A stretch of DNA of 64,000 bases. Source: Candidatus Latescibacterota bacterium (GTDB lineage: Bacteria > Latescibacterota > UBA2968 > UBA8231). The position numbers and the translations under genes were made by a program. The notes under the pieces were generated by a model. That model searched no databases and was not told the origin of the DNA. It saw only the letters and a program-made list of their open reading frames with translations. This document shows, one piece after another, positions 49,284 to 59,613 of the stretch. Where the stretch lies: the NCBI GenBank assembly GCA_965248265.1, contig CBDFJF010000002.1, positions 2,880,001 to 2,944,000 on the forward strand, in the 5' to 3' direction. Position 1 is the first letter of the stretch. Each line of letters opens with the position of its first letter.

Positions 49284-50166
49284 CCTGGAGCGCTGCCGGG
49301 ACTACCTGGACCTCGAAGACGGCCTCCGCCTCGAAGACTTCCCCATCTACCTGGATGGGGCCCGGCTGGGAACGCTCGATGCGAATGGTCCGCCCGCGCG
49401 TGCGGCGAAGGTTGGAGAGACCGTCGATGCTGCCCATGAACAGTCGACGGCTGTCCCAGAGGAGTCTGAGGGCATGGCGAGCGCCCACCACGCGCAGGTC
49501 GAGTTCGCCGTCATCCATTCGGGCCCCGGGGGCGATGACCGCTCCATAGCCGAACTGGTCGCCGTTGGCGATGGTCAAGAGTGCCGGTGTCAGGCGCAGC
49601 GGCGCCTCGTCATCCACCGTTATAGTCACTTCGCCTGGCTGGAACTGCGTGGAGGCTTGAAGGGCAGCAGACAGGTAGGGGAGCAGACCGCGCCGTGACC
49701 GTATTCCGCGGTTGGCGTAGATCCAGCAGGTGAGCGCGTCGATGCCGATGCCTGCCGTGGTCAGGAAGCAATGGCCATCGATCGTCCCGGCGTCGATGGT
49801 GCGCGGACCTGAAACAGGGTCTGCAAACAGAAACCGGCAGGCATCACGGGGTCGCAGGGGCAGGCCAAGAGTACGGGCGAAGGCGTTGCCTGAACCTGTG
49901 GGGATGACACCGAGTACTGCTGCCGTATTCAGCAACGCACGTGACACCTCGTTGATGGTGCCGTCTCCGCCGACGGCGATGACGAGGCCGGTTCCCTCCT
50001 CGACGGCGGCGCGCGCCAGCTCTTCGGCGTGTCCGGGATGCTCTGTGTGGCGTACATCGACCGGCTTGAGACCGAGAGCGTCTTCGAGAATGCCGGCAAG
50101 GTCGACGTGATGGCGGCCGGCACTCCTGTTGACGATGAATCGAGCGGTTTCGAGGCGATCAGCCAT
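49255..50166 (-). CDS. Diacylglycerol/lipid kinase (YegS/BmrU family)
   Basis: VNRSAG, VGGDGTINEV, PTGSGNAFAR, GIGIDA, QVDGE. Confidence 0.92.
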   Translation of the reverse strand: MADRLETARFIVNRSAGRHHVDLAGILEDALGLKPVDVRHTEHPGHAEELARAAVEEGTGLVIAVGGDGTINEVSRALLNTAAVLGVIPTGSGNAFARTLGLPLRPRDACRFLFADPVSGPRTIDAGTIDGHCFLTTAGIGIDALTCWIYANRGIRSRRGLLPYLSAALQASTQFQPGEVTITVDDEAPLRLTPALLTIANGDQFGYGAVIAPGARMDDGELDLRVVGARHALRLLWDSRRLFMGSIDGLSNLRRTRGRTIRIERSQPGPIQVDGEVFEAEAVFEVQVVPAALQVIARTASAS

Positions 50167-50186
50167 CGCACCTGGCTGTTCCCTCT

Positions 50187-50504
50187 CTAGGGCACGAAAT
50201 TGCCGAAGACGAAGGCCTCTTCCATCACGCGGAAGACAATCTGGCCGTCGTCATCGGTTACAAGCATGTTGGCCATGTAGTCGCTCCACTTCACCAGGGC
50301 CGGATGCTCGCGGCTCTTGAGCCAGTCCTGCTCCGTGGGTGCGGTGGCGTGCAGGAACAGCTGCTCGCCGAAGCGAAAGATCGCCATGTCGACGCCGTTG
50401 TCGCTCATGCTTGCGGCAATCTCTGGCCAGAGGTCATCGTGGGCTTGCTTGTACTCGGGATAGCTGCCGGGCCGCAGGTCGAAGGTCATGCCGATGTTAT
50501 ACAA
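50187..50504 (-). CDS. L-rhamnose mutarotase family protein
   Basis: LRPGSYPEYKQAHDDLWPEI...KWSDYM...MEEAF. Confidence 0.85.
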   Translation of the reverse strand: MYNIGMTFDLRPGSYPEYKQAHDDLWPEIAASMSDNGVDMAIFRFGEQLFLHATAPTEQDWLKSREHPALVKWSDYMANMLVTDDDGQIVFRVMEEAFVFGNFVP

Positions 50505-50543
50505 TGTTCAGTCTCCAGTTTCTCTGATGATTTCTCTGATAGT

Positions 50544-51776
50544 TCATCGAATACTGTAATACGTAGCGTAGAAATTCGCTCCACCACGATTGATCCACTG
50601 GCGATCCGTGCGTTTGTCGCCGAAGCGATCAATGTCAAATTCGCCATCGACTGCCTCATTTCCGGGATCACCCTCGAGGATCCAGGAGCTGATCCAACGG
50701 CCAACGGCGGCCGAGCCAGCGATGCCGAGCGCGGCGCAGCCGCTGGCGCAGAACAGACCGGCCACGCCAGGAACCGGTCCCAGCATGTAATTGCCATCCG
50801 GGGCAAACGTGGTCACGCCCTGTCTTCGCTCGGTGATGTCGAGCTGCTGCAGTACCGGGAAAACCGGTGACAGCCGGCGCAGCGCTTCTGCCATCGTCTC
50901 CACCGGAGGTTCGAGATCATTCGTCGTGAAGCGCGAAGGCGGCTCGTCGATGTCGACGAGGGTCGGTTCCGGTTCGAAGAATCCGTACAGGTACCCACCC
51001 GCTTCGGGACGCAGGTAGCAGCTCTCGTCAGTGACGCGGACGACGGGATGGTGTGACGGAATGCCAGGCTGCGGAACGGTGCAGACCCGTTGGTGGCGAA
51101 TCGTCGCCACGGTCAGTTCGTACTCCGCCCATTCGCGCAGTAGGTTCGCCGTCCAAGGCCCTCCCGTGAGCACGACGGCGTCAGCGCCGATCGAACCCTC
51201 AGCGGTGCGCACGCCAGCAACGGTTCCCGATTCGACATCCAGGCCGGTAACCGGAGTCCCGCACTGGAAGCGAACGCCGAGTTCGCGCGCCGCGGCCGCA
51301 TAACCCAGAGCACACAGGCTGGGATCGACATACCCATCGCCAGCGACGACGAAGCCACCGGTCAGGGCAGACACATTCATGTGCGGGGCCAGTCGTTCCA
51401 TCTCCTGATTCGATACGAACTCAGCCTCCAGACCATTCTCCCGGCCGTTCTCGACCTGCAACGCGTAGGCTTCCATGCGGGCATCTGTCAGGGCCACCAT
51501 CAGGCTTCCGGGCCGGCGCAGTCCCAGGTCGTAGCCGGTTTCCTCGGTGAATTCGGTGAACAGCTGGAGGGTGTATTGAATGGCGCCGCACATGGTCGCT
51601 GACTCGCGGATCTGGCCGACCAGGCCAGCGGCACGTGGGGTGGTTTCGGCGGCCACCTGGTCGTTGCGCTCGATGAGGGTTACCTGGCAGGAGCCCGCAC
51701 GCGCCAGGTGGTAGGCAGTACTCAAACCCCAGATGCCACCTCCGACCACGACGACGCGGGTGGTGTCAGTCGCCAT
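50544..51776 (-). CDS. FAD-dependent amine/glycine oxidoreductase (DAO family)
   Basis: VVVGGGIWGLSTAYHLA, TTPRAAG, DGYVDP, FAPDG. Confidence 0.9.
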   Translation of the reverse strand: MATDTTRVVVVGGGIWGLSTAYHLARAGSCQVTLIERNDQVAAETTPRAAGLVGQIRESATMCGAIQYTLQLFTEFTEETGYDLGLRRPGSLMVALTDARMEAYALQVENGRENGLEAEFVSNQEMERLAPHMNVSALTGGFVVAGDGYVDPSLCALGYAAAARELGVRFQCGTPVTGLDVESGTVAGVRTAEGSIGADAVVLTGGPWTANLLREWAEYELTVATIRHQRVCTVPQPGIPSHHPVVRVTDESCYLRPEAGGYLYGFFEPEPTLVDIDEPPSRFTTNDLEPPVETMAEALRRLSPVFPVLQQLDITERRQGVTTFAPDGNYMLGPVPGVAGLFCASGCAALGIAGSAAVGRWISSWILEGDPGNEAVDGEFDIDRFGDKRTDRQWINRGGANFYATYYSIR

Positions 51777-52093
51777 ACCCGGACTCCAGCCCCCATTCCC
51801 GTTCAGCAGTCACTCCGGTACATTGACCCATAGAGACGGGATTGGCGTAACCAACGAGAGGGCGTGGCAACATGTAGATCCTCTTTTTCATCGGTGTCGG
51901 CGTGATGGTAGTCGTCTTGGTGTCGGTCATGGCGTACGTGGCGATGCACCAACCAGATGATGTGGAGGAAAAGAAGGATATTGTCGAGGTGCCACCAACC
52001 GACGAGATATCAGCCGAAGCGTCGGATGTGACAGCGGCAGAAAAAAGGAGATTGGAGCCGCCGCGTAGGTGGCATCCAGCAGACTCTGTGCGG

Positions 52094-53860
52094 TCAGCCA
52101 GGAACGGAACCGTAGTAGAAAACCAGATAGGCCGCCAGCAGGACAAGCACGACGGTAGCCGCTCCGGTTGTAGTCCAGGTGCGTCCGAGTGCGCCGTCCG
52201 GGCCATGGTGCCGGCCCAAACCGGCGACGATATCGCGGATGAGTGCCTTGGAGCTGTTGAAGAAGCCGTCGCGAATTGGTGCGCCGATGGAGACAAATCC
52301 CCGAACCAACGCCGGCAACAGCTTGCGGTAGGTCCAGTCGAAATCCACGTTCACACAGGGTATTTCAGGCGTCTCCAGGTGCTTTTTCGCCAGGATGGCG
52401 AACGACAGCAGCGCGAAGAACAGGAGCTGCAGTTGCATCACCACGTGGCTCGAGGTGTAGGGTTCGAAGGCCTTCTCGTAAGGCAGCGTATGGGCGTAGG
52501 GCAGGATGTCGTACAGCGGCTGTGGATAGACCCCGATGCCGACGCAGAAGAACGCGACCACTCCCATGGCGATCAGCATGTTAAGGGGGGCTTCCTTGCA
52601 GCGAATGCCCGAATCCTGGTGACCGAAGAAGCCGTAGTAGGGGATCTTGATGCCGGAGTGGTGGAGCACGCCCGCGGACGCGAACAGCAGCACGAACCAA
52701 CTTATGGTCCAGCCTTCGCCAGCAGTGGCTGTCAGCGTCAATGACTTGGTCACGAAGCCGCTGAACAGCGGGAACGCGGAAATCGAAGCGGCCCCGATGA
52801 TGCAGAAGAAGGTCGTCCACGGCATCGATTTGTAGAGCCCACCCAACTCCGAAGCCTTCACGGTTCCGGCACGGTACAACACCGCCCCCATCGACATGAA
52901 CAGGAGCGCCTTGTAGAGAATGTGGGCGAAGGCGTGCGCGACGGCGCCGTTGAGGGCCATGGTGGTACCCACGCCGATGCCGACGAGCATGAAGCCGAGC
53001 TGATTGTTGAGACTGTAAGCCAGCACCCGTCGCAGGTCATTTTCGATGACGGCGAAGAAGACTGGAAAAGCCGTCATGACCACGCCGATCGGAATCAGGA
53101 TCTCGGTGCCTGGGAAGGCGCGGGCAAAGGTGTATATGGCCAGCTTGGTCGTGAAGGCGCTCAGCAGCACGGTGCCGGTGACGGTGGCTTCCGGATAGGC
53201 GTCCTGCAGCCAGTTGTGTAGAAACGGGAAGGCGCACTTCATGCCAAAGGCGATGAAGATGAGGGTTGGTCCCAGATGCTCGGTACCGAAATCGGCCAGC
53301 GCGAAGGATTCCAGGTTGTACATCTGGGCCATGTTGCCGAACGCCAGCGACCCGGTCTCGTGGTAGTGGATGAGGACGCCGGACAGCAGGATCACACCCG
53401 AGCCGACCTGGATGATCAGGTAGCGCATGCCGGCACGGTACGCCCGCTCTGTGCGGCTGGACCATATGAGAAAAACGGAGGAGATCGCGGTCAGCTCCCA
53501 GAATACGAACAGGGTGATCAGGTCGCCGGCAAAGGCCCCCGCGATCGCCGATCCCGCGTAGATCAATCCGGCCATGTGCTGGACGTTGTCCCGCATGTGG
53601 AGAGCGTAGACGACGCCGAGGATGGCCATGATGTGGAAGATGTAACCGAAGACAAGACTGAGCTTGTCGATGCGAACCATCATCAACGAGTAGTCGAACA
53701 GCAGGATGTGCCCGTAGGAGCCTTCGGTCAAACTCAGCAGGTGAGCGAAGCTGACGATCGGCAGGGCAAGCAGGTAGAGCGACTGCAAACGGCCGCGCAG
53801 CAGCGGCACCAGCAAGGCGCCGACGACTAGGATGGTGGCAGGAGGCAGCTGGTCAAGCAT
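52094..53860 (-). CDS. mrpD: Mrp antiporter MrpD/MrpA-like proton-conducting subunit
   Basis: FVFWEL, FPFLHNWLQDAYPEA, RRVLAYS, HILYKALLF, PLFSGFVTK. Confidence 0.9.
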   Translation of the reverse strand: MLDQLPPATILVVGALLVPLLRGRLQSLYLLALPIVSFAHLLSLTEGSYGHILLFDYSLMMVRIDKLSLVFGYIFHIMAILGVVYALHMRDNVQHMAGLIYAGSAIAGAFAGDLITLFVFWELTAISSVFLIWSSRTERAYRAGMRYLIIQVGSGVILLSGVLIHYHETGSLAFGNMAQMYNLESFALADFGTEHLGPTLIFIAFGMKCAFPFLHNWLQDAYPEATVTGTVLLSAFTTKLAIYTFARAFPGTEILIPIGVVMTAFPVFFAVIENDLRRVLAYSLNNQLGFMLVGIGVGTTMALNGAVAHAFAHILYKALLFMSMGAVLYRAGTVKASELGGLYKSMPWTTFFCIIGAASISAFPLFSGFVTKSLTLTATAGEGWTISWFVLLFASAGVLHHSGIKIPYYGFFGHQDSGIRCKEAPLNMLIAMGVVAFFCVGIGVYPQPLYDILPYAHTLPYEKAFEPYTSSHVVMQLQLLFFALLSFAILAKKHLETPEIPCVNVDFDWTYRKLLPALVRGFVSIGAPIRDGFFNSSKALIRDIVAGLGRHHGPDGALGRTWTTTGAATVVLVLLAAYLVFYYGSVPG

Positions 53861-54143
53861 CGTAATAGTCCTCGTCCCGCATCACCACTCGTCGCCAGAT
53901 CCATCCGGCGCCAACGATTAACGAATAGGCGGCGAAACCGAAGATGGCGTAGAAGCCGCCGACGTTCTCGATACTGTAGTGGACGTGCTTGTGGTAGCCG
54001 ATGCCGAGCATGTCCAGAACATCCGCCAGCAGCAGTATGGCGCAGGCTACAAGCAACAGCCGGTAGAGGACATTGGTGCTGCCGGGTTTTTCCAGCCAGC
54101 CGCCATCGCCGTTGCTGTTTGTGGTGTTGTCTTGATCTGCCAT
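53853..54143 (-). CDS. Small two-TM Mrp-associated protein
   Basis: GFYAIFGF...RRVVMRDEDYYD; overlaps the downstream subunit. Confidence 0.8.
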   Translation of the reverse strand: MADQDNTTNSNGDGGWLEKPGSTNVLYRLLLVACAILLLADVLDMLGIGYHKHVHYSIENVGGFYAIFGFAAYSLIVGAGWIWRRVVMRDEDYYDA

Positions 54144-54176
54144 CGTGTCTGTGCCTGTTAGGTGCCTGTGGGTTCG

Positions 54177-55676
54177 TCAGTGTTGAGCCAGTGGCAACAG
54201 CAACCTGAAGAGGTCACCGGCGTAGAAGAACAGGACGATACATCCAACCGCCGTGAAACACAGCGGCATGACGCAGAAGAACGGTGCTTCGTGCAAGCCG
54301 TCGCCATGGTCATCATCATGGACGGCAGCCGCCCCGGCGCTGGCTGGTGCCGGGGTCTTCGGATTGAAAAAGGCCCGCACGACGATCGGCATCAGGTAGG
54401 CGATATTGAGCAGTGAACTGATCATGAGAACGGCGACGAAGATCAGTTGATCCGCGCTTACCGCACCCAGGGCCAGGTACCACTTGCTCCAGGCCCCACC
54501 GAATGGGGGTACGCCGATGACGCTGAGCGAACCGATCAGAAAGGCGATCATCGTAAACGGCATGCGCCGGCCAATGCCGACCATGTCGCTGACTTCGGTC
54601 TTGTGCAGCGCCACGTTGATGGCCCCCGCACACATGAACAGGGTGATCTTGCCGAAGGCATGCATGGCGATGTGCATGCTGCCGCCGATAACACTGAGAC
54701 CGTTGGCGAGCGCGGCACCTAGAACGATGTAGGACAGTTGACTCACGGTAGAATACGCCAGCCTCGCTTTGAGGTTGTCCTTCGTCATCGCCACCAGCGA
54801 TGAGATGACGACGGTGGCGCCGGCCACGTACATCAACCAGACGCTGACCTCGGTTTCGCGCAGCAGGTCCAGGCCGAAGACGTAGACGATGATCTTCATC
54901 ACCGTGAACACGCCGGCTTTGACGACGGCGACGGCATGCAGCAGGGCACTCACTGGAGTCGGCGCCACCATGGCGGCCGGCAGCCAGCGATGGAACGGCA
55001 TCAATGCCGCCTTGCCGGTGCCAAAGGCGTAGAGGGCCAACAGCACGCAGACAACACCTTCACTGGCCTTGCCGGAGAGGATGCCGCCTTCCTGGAATTC
55101 CAGGGTACCCGTGATGCTCCAGGTCCAGATGATCGCGAACAAGAGGAAAACGACGGACGTACTCAACAGAATACCCATGTAAATGCGGCCACCCCGCATG
55201 GCTTCGGGAGTGCGTGCATGGGTGACGAGCGGGTAGGTCGAAAGCGTCAGAACCTCGTAGAAGATGAACAGGGTCAGCAGGTTCTGGGAGAACGCGACGC
55301 CGATGGCCGCGGTGATGGCGACGGCGAAGAAGAAGAAGTAGCGGGTCTGATCGGTCTCATGGTGGCCGCGCATGTAGCCGATGGAATAGAGCGACGTGAC
55401 GATCCACAGACCGGACGCGACTAATCCGAATAACATCCCAAGGGGTTCGACGCGAAACCCCAGAGTCAATCCGGGCAGAATCTCAAGCAGTTCGACGGCA
55501 GGCCGGCCCCCGGCCATTACCTCTGGCAGAATCGACAAGACGATCAGGAATGTCGCTGCCCCGGTGACCAGAGTGACTGCTTCACGCAGGTTTGGCCGCT
55601 TGCCCGTCAGCAGGATGAGCGGACTCAACACCAGCGGCAGGAACACGGCCGTGATCAGTGACATCGGCAGGCTCAA
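54177..55676 (-). CDS. mrpD: Mrp antiporter MrpD-family subunit
   Basis: FIFYEVLTLSTYPLV, WLPAAMVAPTPVSALLHAVAVVKAG, RLAYSTVSQ. Confidence 0.92.
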   Translation of the reverse strand: MSLPMSLITAVFLPLVLSPLILLTGKRPNLREAVTLVTGAATFLIVLSILPEVMAGGRPAVELLEILPGLTLGFRVEPLGMLFGLVASGLWIVTSLYSIGYMRGHHETDQTRYFFFFAVAITAAIGVAFSQNLLTLFIFYEVLTLSTYPLVTHARTPEAMRGGRIYMGILLSTSVVFLLFAIIWTWSITGTLEFQEGGILSGKASEGVVCVLLALYAFGTGKAALMPFHRWLPAAMVAPTPVSALLHAVAVVKAGVFTVMKIIVYVFGLDLLRETEVSVWLMYVAGATVVISSLVAMTKDNLKARLAYSTVSQLSYIVLGAALANGLSVIGGSMHIAMHAFGKITLFMCAGAINVALHKTEVSDMVGIGRRMPFTMIAFLIGSLSVIGVPPFGGAWSKWYLALGAVSADQLIFVAVLMISSLLNIAYLMPIVVRAFFNPKTPAPASAGAAAVHDDDHGDGLHEAPFFCVMPLCFTAVGCIVLFFYAGDLFRLLLPLAQH

Positions 55677-57163
55677 GGCGATACCCCCATCAGCATCTCA
55701 GCTCCACGCTGAGCCACGCCCCCGGTAAAGGTGGCCGAGATGCCAAAAAACAAGGTGGCGCCAATCAAGAGCCACATTGGAATCTGCATGGACAGCGGAG
55801 CCTCCTCCGCCTGAGAATCTTCCGACTGGTCATCCGCTTTCTGGAAGTAGGCGACCTCGACGACCCGCCAGATATAGCAGACGGCGATCAGCGACGCGAT
55901 CAGGATCAGCGCCGCGACCGGCCACCAGCCCCTTTCCAGAGCCGCCAGCACCAGGTACCACTTGCTAACGAAGCCGACGGTCACCGGGACGCCTATTAAA
56001 CTCAGCCCACCGAGGACGAAGGCCGCCGTCGTAAACGGCATGCGCCTACCCAGACCCCGCAGGTCCTCCAGATTCGTCGATCCCAGACGGTAGACGATGC
56101 ATCCCATGGCCAGGAACAGGGCGCCCTTCATCAACGCGTGATTGAACAGATGAAGAAGGGCGGCTGTCAATCCAGTCTGTGACACGAAACCGACGCCGAG
56201 CATGATATAGCCGATCTGGGCGATGCTGGAGTAGGCGAGCATGCGCTTGATGTTGCGCTGGAAAACGGCAACCAGTGAGCCGACGAAGATACCGACCAGG
56301 GCCAGAGGAATGATGAGGATGTCCAGGTGATACTGCTCGAAGGCGAATTCGACACCGAAGATGGTATAGAAAAACCGGATGAAGACGTAGACGGAAACCT
56401 TGGTGGCCGTGGCAGCCAGGAACGCGGTGACGAAAGAAGGGGCGTAGGCGTAGGCATTGGGCAGCCACAGGTGCAGTGGAAACAGCGCCAGCTTCAGGCT
56501 CAGGCCGACGCTCAGGAAGGCGAAGGCGGCAATGACGGTGCGGGTGCCGATGACGGGCTGCAGCTTCACTGCCATGTCCGCCATGTTGAGGGTGCCCGTC
56601 ATCATGTAGATGAGTCCGATGCCGATGACGAAGAAAGTCGCGCCGACGGAACCCAGGATGAGATAGCGGAACGACGCCACCAGCGCCCGGCGATCGGAGC
56701 CCAGGCTAATGAGGGCGTAGGTGGCCAGCGAGCTGATCTCGAGAAAGACGAAGACGTTGAAGGCATCCCCCGTGATCGTCATGCCCAGCAAACCGGTCAG
56801 GCAAAGCAGGTAGGCGGTGTAAAACAGATTGACGCGGACATCCGGCAGTTCGCGGGCGATGCTGGCGGGAGCGTAGATGATGACGGTTGAGCCGATCAGG
56901 GTAACCAGAAAGAGGACGAAGGCGTTGATGGTATCGACGCGATACTCGATACCCCACGGTGCAGCCCAGTTGCCCAAGGCGTAGGAAATCGCTCCACCGT
57001 CGAGGACCCGCAGCAGCAGCATGGTGGCCATGACGAAGGTGGCCCAGGTAACAGCCACGGCGAAGAGCCAGGTGGTCGTCTTGCGCCGCAACAGCACGCA
57101 GATCGGGGCGCCGAGCAGGGGCACGACGATCTGCAGGATCGGGAGATGGGCTTCGAAGCTCAC
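55673..57163 (-). CDS. mrpD: Mrp antiporter subunit D
   Basis: GDAFNVFVFLEI, KLALFPLHLWLPNAY, KRMLAYSS. Confidence 0.93.
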   Translation of the reverse strand: MSFEAHLPILQIVVPLLGAPICVLLRRKTTTWLFAVAVTWATFVMATMLLLRVLDGGAISYALGNWAAPWGIEYRVDTINAFVLFLVTLIGSTVIIYAPASIARELPDVRVNLFYTAYLLCLTGLLGMTITGDAFNVFVFLEISSLATYALISLGSDRRALVASFRYLILGSVGATFFVIGIGLIYMMTGTLNMADMAVKLQPVIGTRTVIAAFAFLSVGLSLKLALFPLHLWLPNAYAYAPSFVTAFLAATATKVSVYVFIRFFYTIFGVEFAFEQYHLDILIIPLALVGIFVGSLVAVFQRNIKRMLAYSSIAQIGYIMLGVGFVSQTGLTAALLHLFNHALMKGALFLAMGCIVYRLGSTNLEDLRGLGRRMPFTTAAFVLGGLSLIGVPVTVGFVSKWYLVLAALERGWWPVAALILIASLIAVCYIWRVVEVAYFQKADDQSEDSQAEEAPLSMQIPMWLLIGATLFFGISATFTGGVAQRGAEMLMGVSP

Positions 57164-57516
57164 GATGCCTGATCCTGTGCGGTGATCTCATCTTCCTCGA
57201 TGGTGCCGTAGGATTCACGGATACGGATAATCAGGGCCATGCCCATCGCTGTTGTGGCGATGCCGACGACGATGGCTGTCAGTATGAGGACGTGGGGGAG
57301 CGGGTTCGAGTAGGTTCCCCCTCCACCGGTGACGACGATGGGTGCGGTGCCACCGGAGACCTTGCCCATGCTGATGTAGAGGAGGAACACACCGGTCTGA
57401 AAGATGCTGAGACCGACCATCTTCTTGATCAGGTTGCGTCGAGCGATGACCGTGTAGAGGCCCGTCATCATCAGGAAAATGACGATCCAATAGTTGTAGA
57501 GGCCGGGATCACTCAT
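57160..57516 (-). CDS. mrpC: Mrp antiporter subunit C
   Basis: NLIKK, NPLPHVLILTAIVVG. Confidence 0.93.
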   Translation of the reverse strand: MSDPGLYNYWIVIFLMMTGLYTVIARRNLIKKMVGLSIFQTGVFLLYISMGKVSGGTAPIVVTGGGGTYSNPLPHVLILTAIVVGIATTAMGMALIIRIRESYGTIEEDEITAQDQAS

Positions 57517-57950
57517 TGCGGGCGTCCATCGATGCGCCGGCGTCCTGCGAAACAGAAGAACGCAGAAGTCATGACCGCAGCGACGGTGATGCCGACTCCG
57601 AGTTCGACGAGAAGAATTCCCAGGTGTTGTCCGTGGACGGGGTCGTGGTGATCGAGCACGCCGTAGTCGAGGAAGTTACCGCCAAGAAAAAAGGAGGCGG
57701 CCCCGGTGCCGGCGTACAGGAGCACACCAATGGCACCGGCCCACTGGAGTAGGTTCGGGTGGACGATGCGCTTGGCTTCCTCAATGCCCCAAATCAGCGC
57801 GTAGAGGACGAATCCAGCCGCAAAAATCACCCCGGCTTGAAAGCCTCCCCCGGGCCCGTAGTCGCCGTGGAACTGGACGTAGAGGGCAAACAGCAAGATG
57901 AAGGGGATGAACATCTTGGAGACCACCCGCAGAATGACGTTGTTGCTCAT
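57513..57950 (-). CDS. mrpB: Mrp antiporter subunit B
   Basis: HGDYGPGGGFQAG, ELGVGITV. Confidence 0.93.
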   Translation of the reverse strand: MSNNVILRVVSKMFIPFILLFALYVQFHGDYGPGGGFQAGVIFAAGFVLYALIWGIEEAKRIVHPNLLQWAGAIGVLLYAGTGAASFFLGGNFLDYGVLDHHDPVHGQHLGILLVELGVGITVAAVMTSAFFCFAGRRRIDGRPQ

Positions 57951-58510
57951 TGCTGGGCCCTCGGCGTCGGCTTGGTCGATCCTGTAGAACGAAAAGCGCT
58001 GCCAATTAATACTAGGAGGCCTATACCGGCGGTGAAGATGACGGTGGTTTCTCCGAGGGTGTCGTAACCGCGGTAACTGGCCAACACAGAGGTCACCATG
58101 TTCGGTACCCCGACCTCAGTCGGTGAATCCTCGATGTACCTGGGGGCTACATGATTATGGATGGCCGCCGCAGGATCCCCGTACCTGGGCATATCAAGCG
58201 TGGCATACCCGAGCAACCCGCCGACGGCGAGAACGACGAGCAGGGGCCAGGGCGACCAGGATGTAGGCGCCTTTTCCTCTGAGGACGTCAGCAGCATGGT
58301 TCCCAGCAATATCACCGTGGAGACGCCCGCTCCCACGGCAGCCTCGGTGAAGGCTACATCCACGGCGTCGAGGACGACGAACATGCCACAGGACAGCAGA
58401 CTGTAAAACCCCGCCAGCATGGCGACGCCAAACAGATTGCGCAGGCGCGAGATCGCCACCGCCACCACGGCCATGAGCGTCAGCAGGCTGATGTCGACGA
58501 CTTCGGTCAT
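57947..58510 (-). CDS. Mrp subunit B' (DUF4040 + MbhE-like)
   Basis: AVDVAFTEAAVGAG, NMVTSVLASYRGYDTLGE. Confidence 0.9.
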   Translation of the reverse strand: MTEVVDISLLTLMAVVAVAISRLRNLFGVAMLAGFYSLLSCGMFVVLDAVDVAFTEAAVGAGVSTVILLGTMLLTSSEEKAPTSWSPWPLLVVLAVGGLLGYATLDMPRYGDPAAAIHNHVAPRYIEDSPTEVGVPNMVTSVLASYRGYDTLGETTVIFTAGIGLLVLIGSAFRSTGSTKPTPRAQQ

Positions 58511-58842
58511 GTCTTGGGGGATTCTCCGTTGTTATCTTTGAGCAGAGGTTTCAGCCCGGAAAGGATGGCGGCTTTGGCAATGGCGTGAGTCGAGGTCGGA
58601 CTGGTCAACCACAGAATGACAAGAATCATCACCAGCTTGACGGTGACCAGGGTGAGGCCGGCTTGGAACATTAAACCGACAAGGACCAGAGCAGCACCGA
58701 GGGTGTCGGTGATCCCGGCACCGTGCGTGCGGCTGAAAAAGTCAGGCAGCCGCAGTAAACCGATGCCGCCGATGACGCAGAAAACCGAGCCCGTAATCAG
58801 GCAGACCCAACTGGCGATGTTGGTGATGGATTCGAGTGGCAT
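58507..58842 (-). CDS. mrpG: Mrp antiporter subunit G
   Basis: GLLRLPDFFSRTH, TSPTSTHAIAKAA. Confidence 0.92.
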   Translation of the reverse strand: MPLESITNIASWVCLITGSVFCVIGGIGLLRLPDFFSRTHGAGITDTLGAALVLVGLMFQAGLTLVTVKLVMILVILWLTSPTSTHAIAKAAILSGLKPLLKDNNGESPKT

Positions 58843-59132
58843 CAGGCCCCGACGTCGGTGCCGCTGTCTGCTGTTGCGGCGAAATCTCCACGCTCGACGT
58901 ACTTCAGCACGGCGATGGTGGTGATGAAGTTGAGGAAGACATAGATCAGGGAGAGGTCGAGGAATTCGGGTCGATCTGTGAGAAATCCCAGCACGGCGAT
59001 CAACAGCACGGTCTTGGTCCCCGCCATGTTGACGCCAAGAATGCGGTCGTAACTCGTAGGCCCCAACACTGCCCGAGTGAGCGCCAGTACCATAGTGAAG
59101 AGAATGGCTGCTGTGGTGGCCGCGAACATCAT
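58842..59132 (-). CDS. mrpF: Mrp antiporter subunit F
   Basis: RAVLGPTSYDRIL, DLSLIYVFLNFITT. Confidence 0.92.
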   Translation of the reverse strand: MMFAATTAAILFTMVLALTRAVLGPTSYDRILGVNMAGTKTVLLIAVLGFLTDRPEFLDLSLIYVFLNFITTIAVLKYVERGDFAATADSGTDVGA

Positions 59133-59133
59133 C

Positions 59134-59613
59134 TCAGCTCGCGCTCCCTTCCACACGGCAGACGCGGCGATCCATGCTGCCTTCCTCCAGGTCCGTGGCG
59201 CTGCCCTCATCCAGGGCATGCACGGTGATGGTGTCACCATCCACGTCGAGGGACACTGTGCCGGGGGTCAAGGTGATGGAGTTGGCGTACAGGACTTTGC
59301 CGACCGTCGATTTCTGTCCAGCCTTGACCTTGATCACACGAGGACTGATTGGCAATCCTGGCTTGAGAATGAGGGCGGCAATGTCAATGTTGGAGCGTAT
59401 GATGGCCCAGGTCAGCCAGGGCACGTAGGCGATGATGCGCACCAGCATGCCGATGGGATGGCCCTCGGCATCGGCAATGCCCATTCGGGAGGCGATGATG
59501 ACGACGAGAAGACACGAAAGCGCCCCGAAGGTGGTGATGAGTGTCGTGTAGTGGCCGGACCAAAGCAGCCAAACACCCATCAAACAGATAAAAAGACTGA
59601 TTGCACGAACCAA
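59134..59613 (-). CDS. mrpE: Mrp antiporter subunit E
   Basis: WLLWSGH, SNIDIA, ANSITLTPGT, VHAL. TTG start with AGGGA RBS. Confidence 0.92.
   Translation of the reverse strand: MVRAISLFICLMGVWLLWSGHYTTLITTFGALSCLLVVIIASRMGIADAEGHPIGMLVRIIAYVPWLTWAIIRSNIDIAALILKPGLPISPRVIKVKAGQKSTVGKVLYANSITLTPGTVSLDVDGDTITVHALDEGSATDLEEGSMDRRVCRVEGSAS

Noticed and set aside
52094-59613. mrp operon lacking a canonical mrpA as a novel complex
   Set aside because: The EFG-B'B-C-D-D-x-D arrangement with split MrpA functions is a known Mrp variant, and no hydrogenase subunits are adjacent
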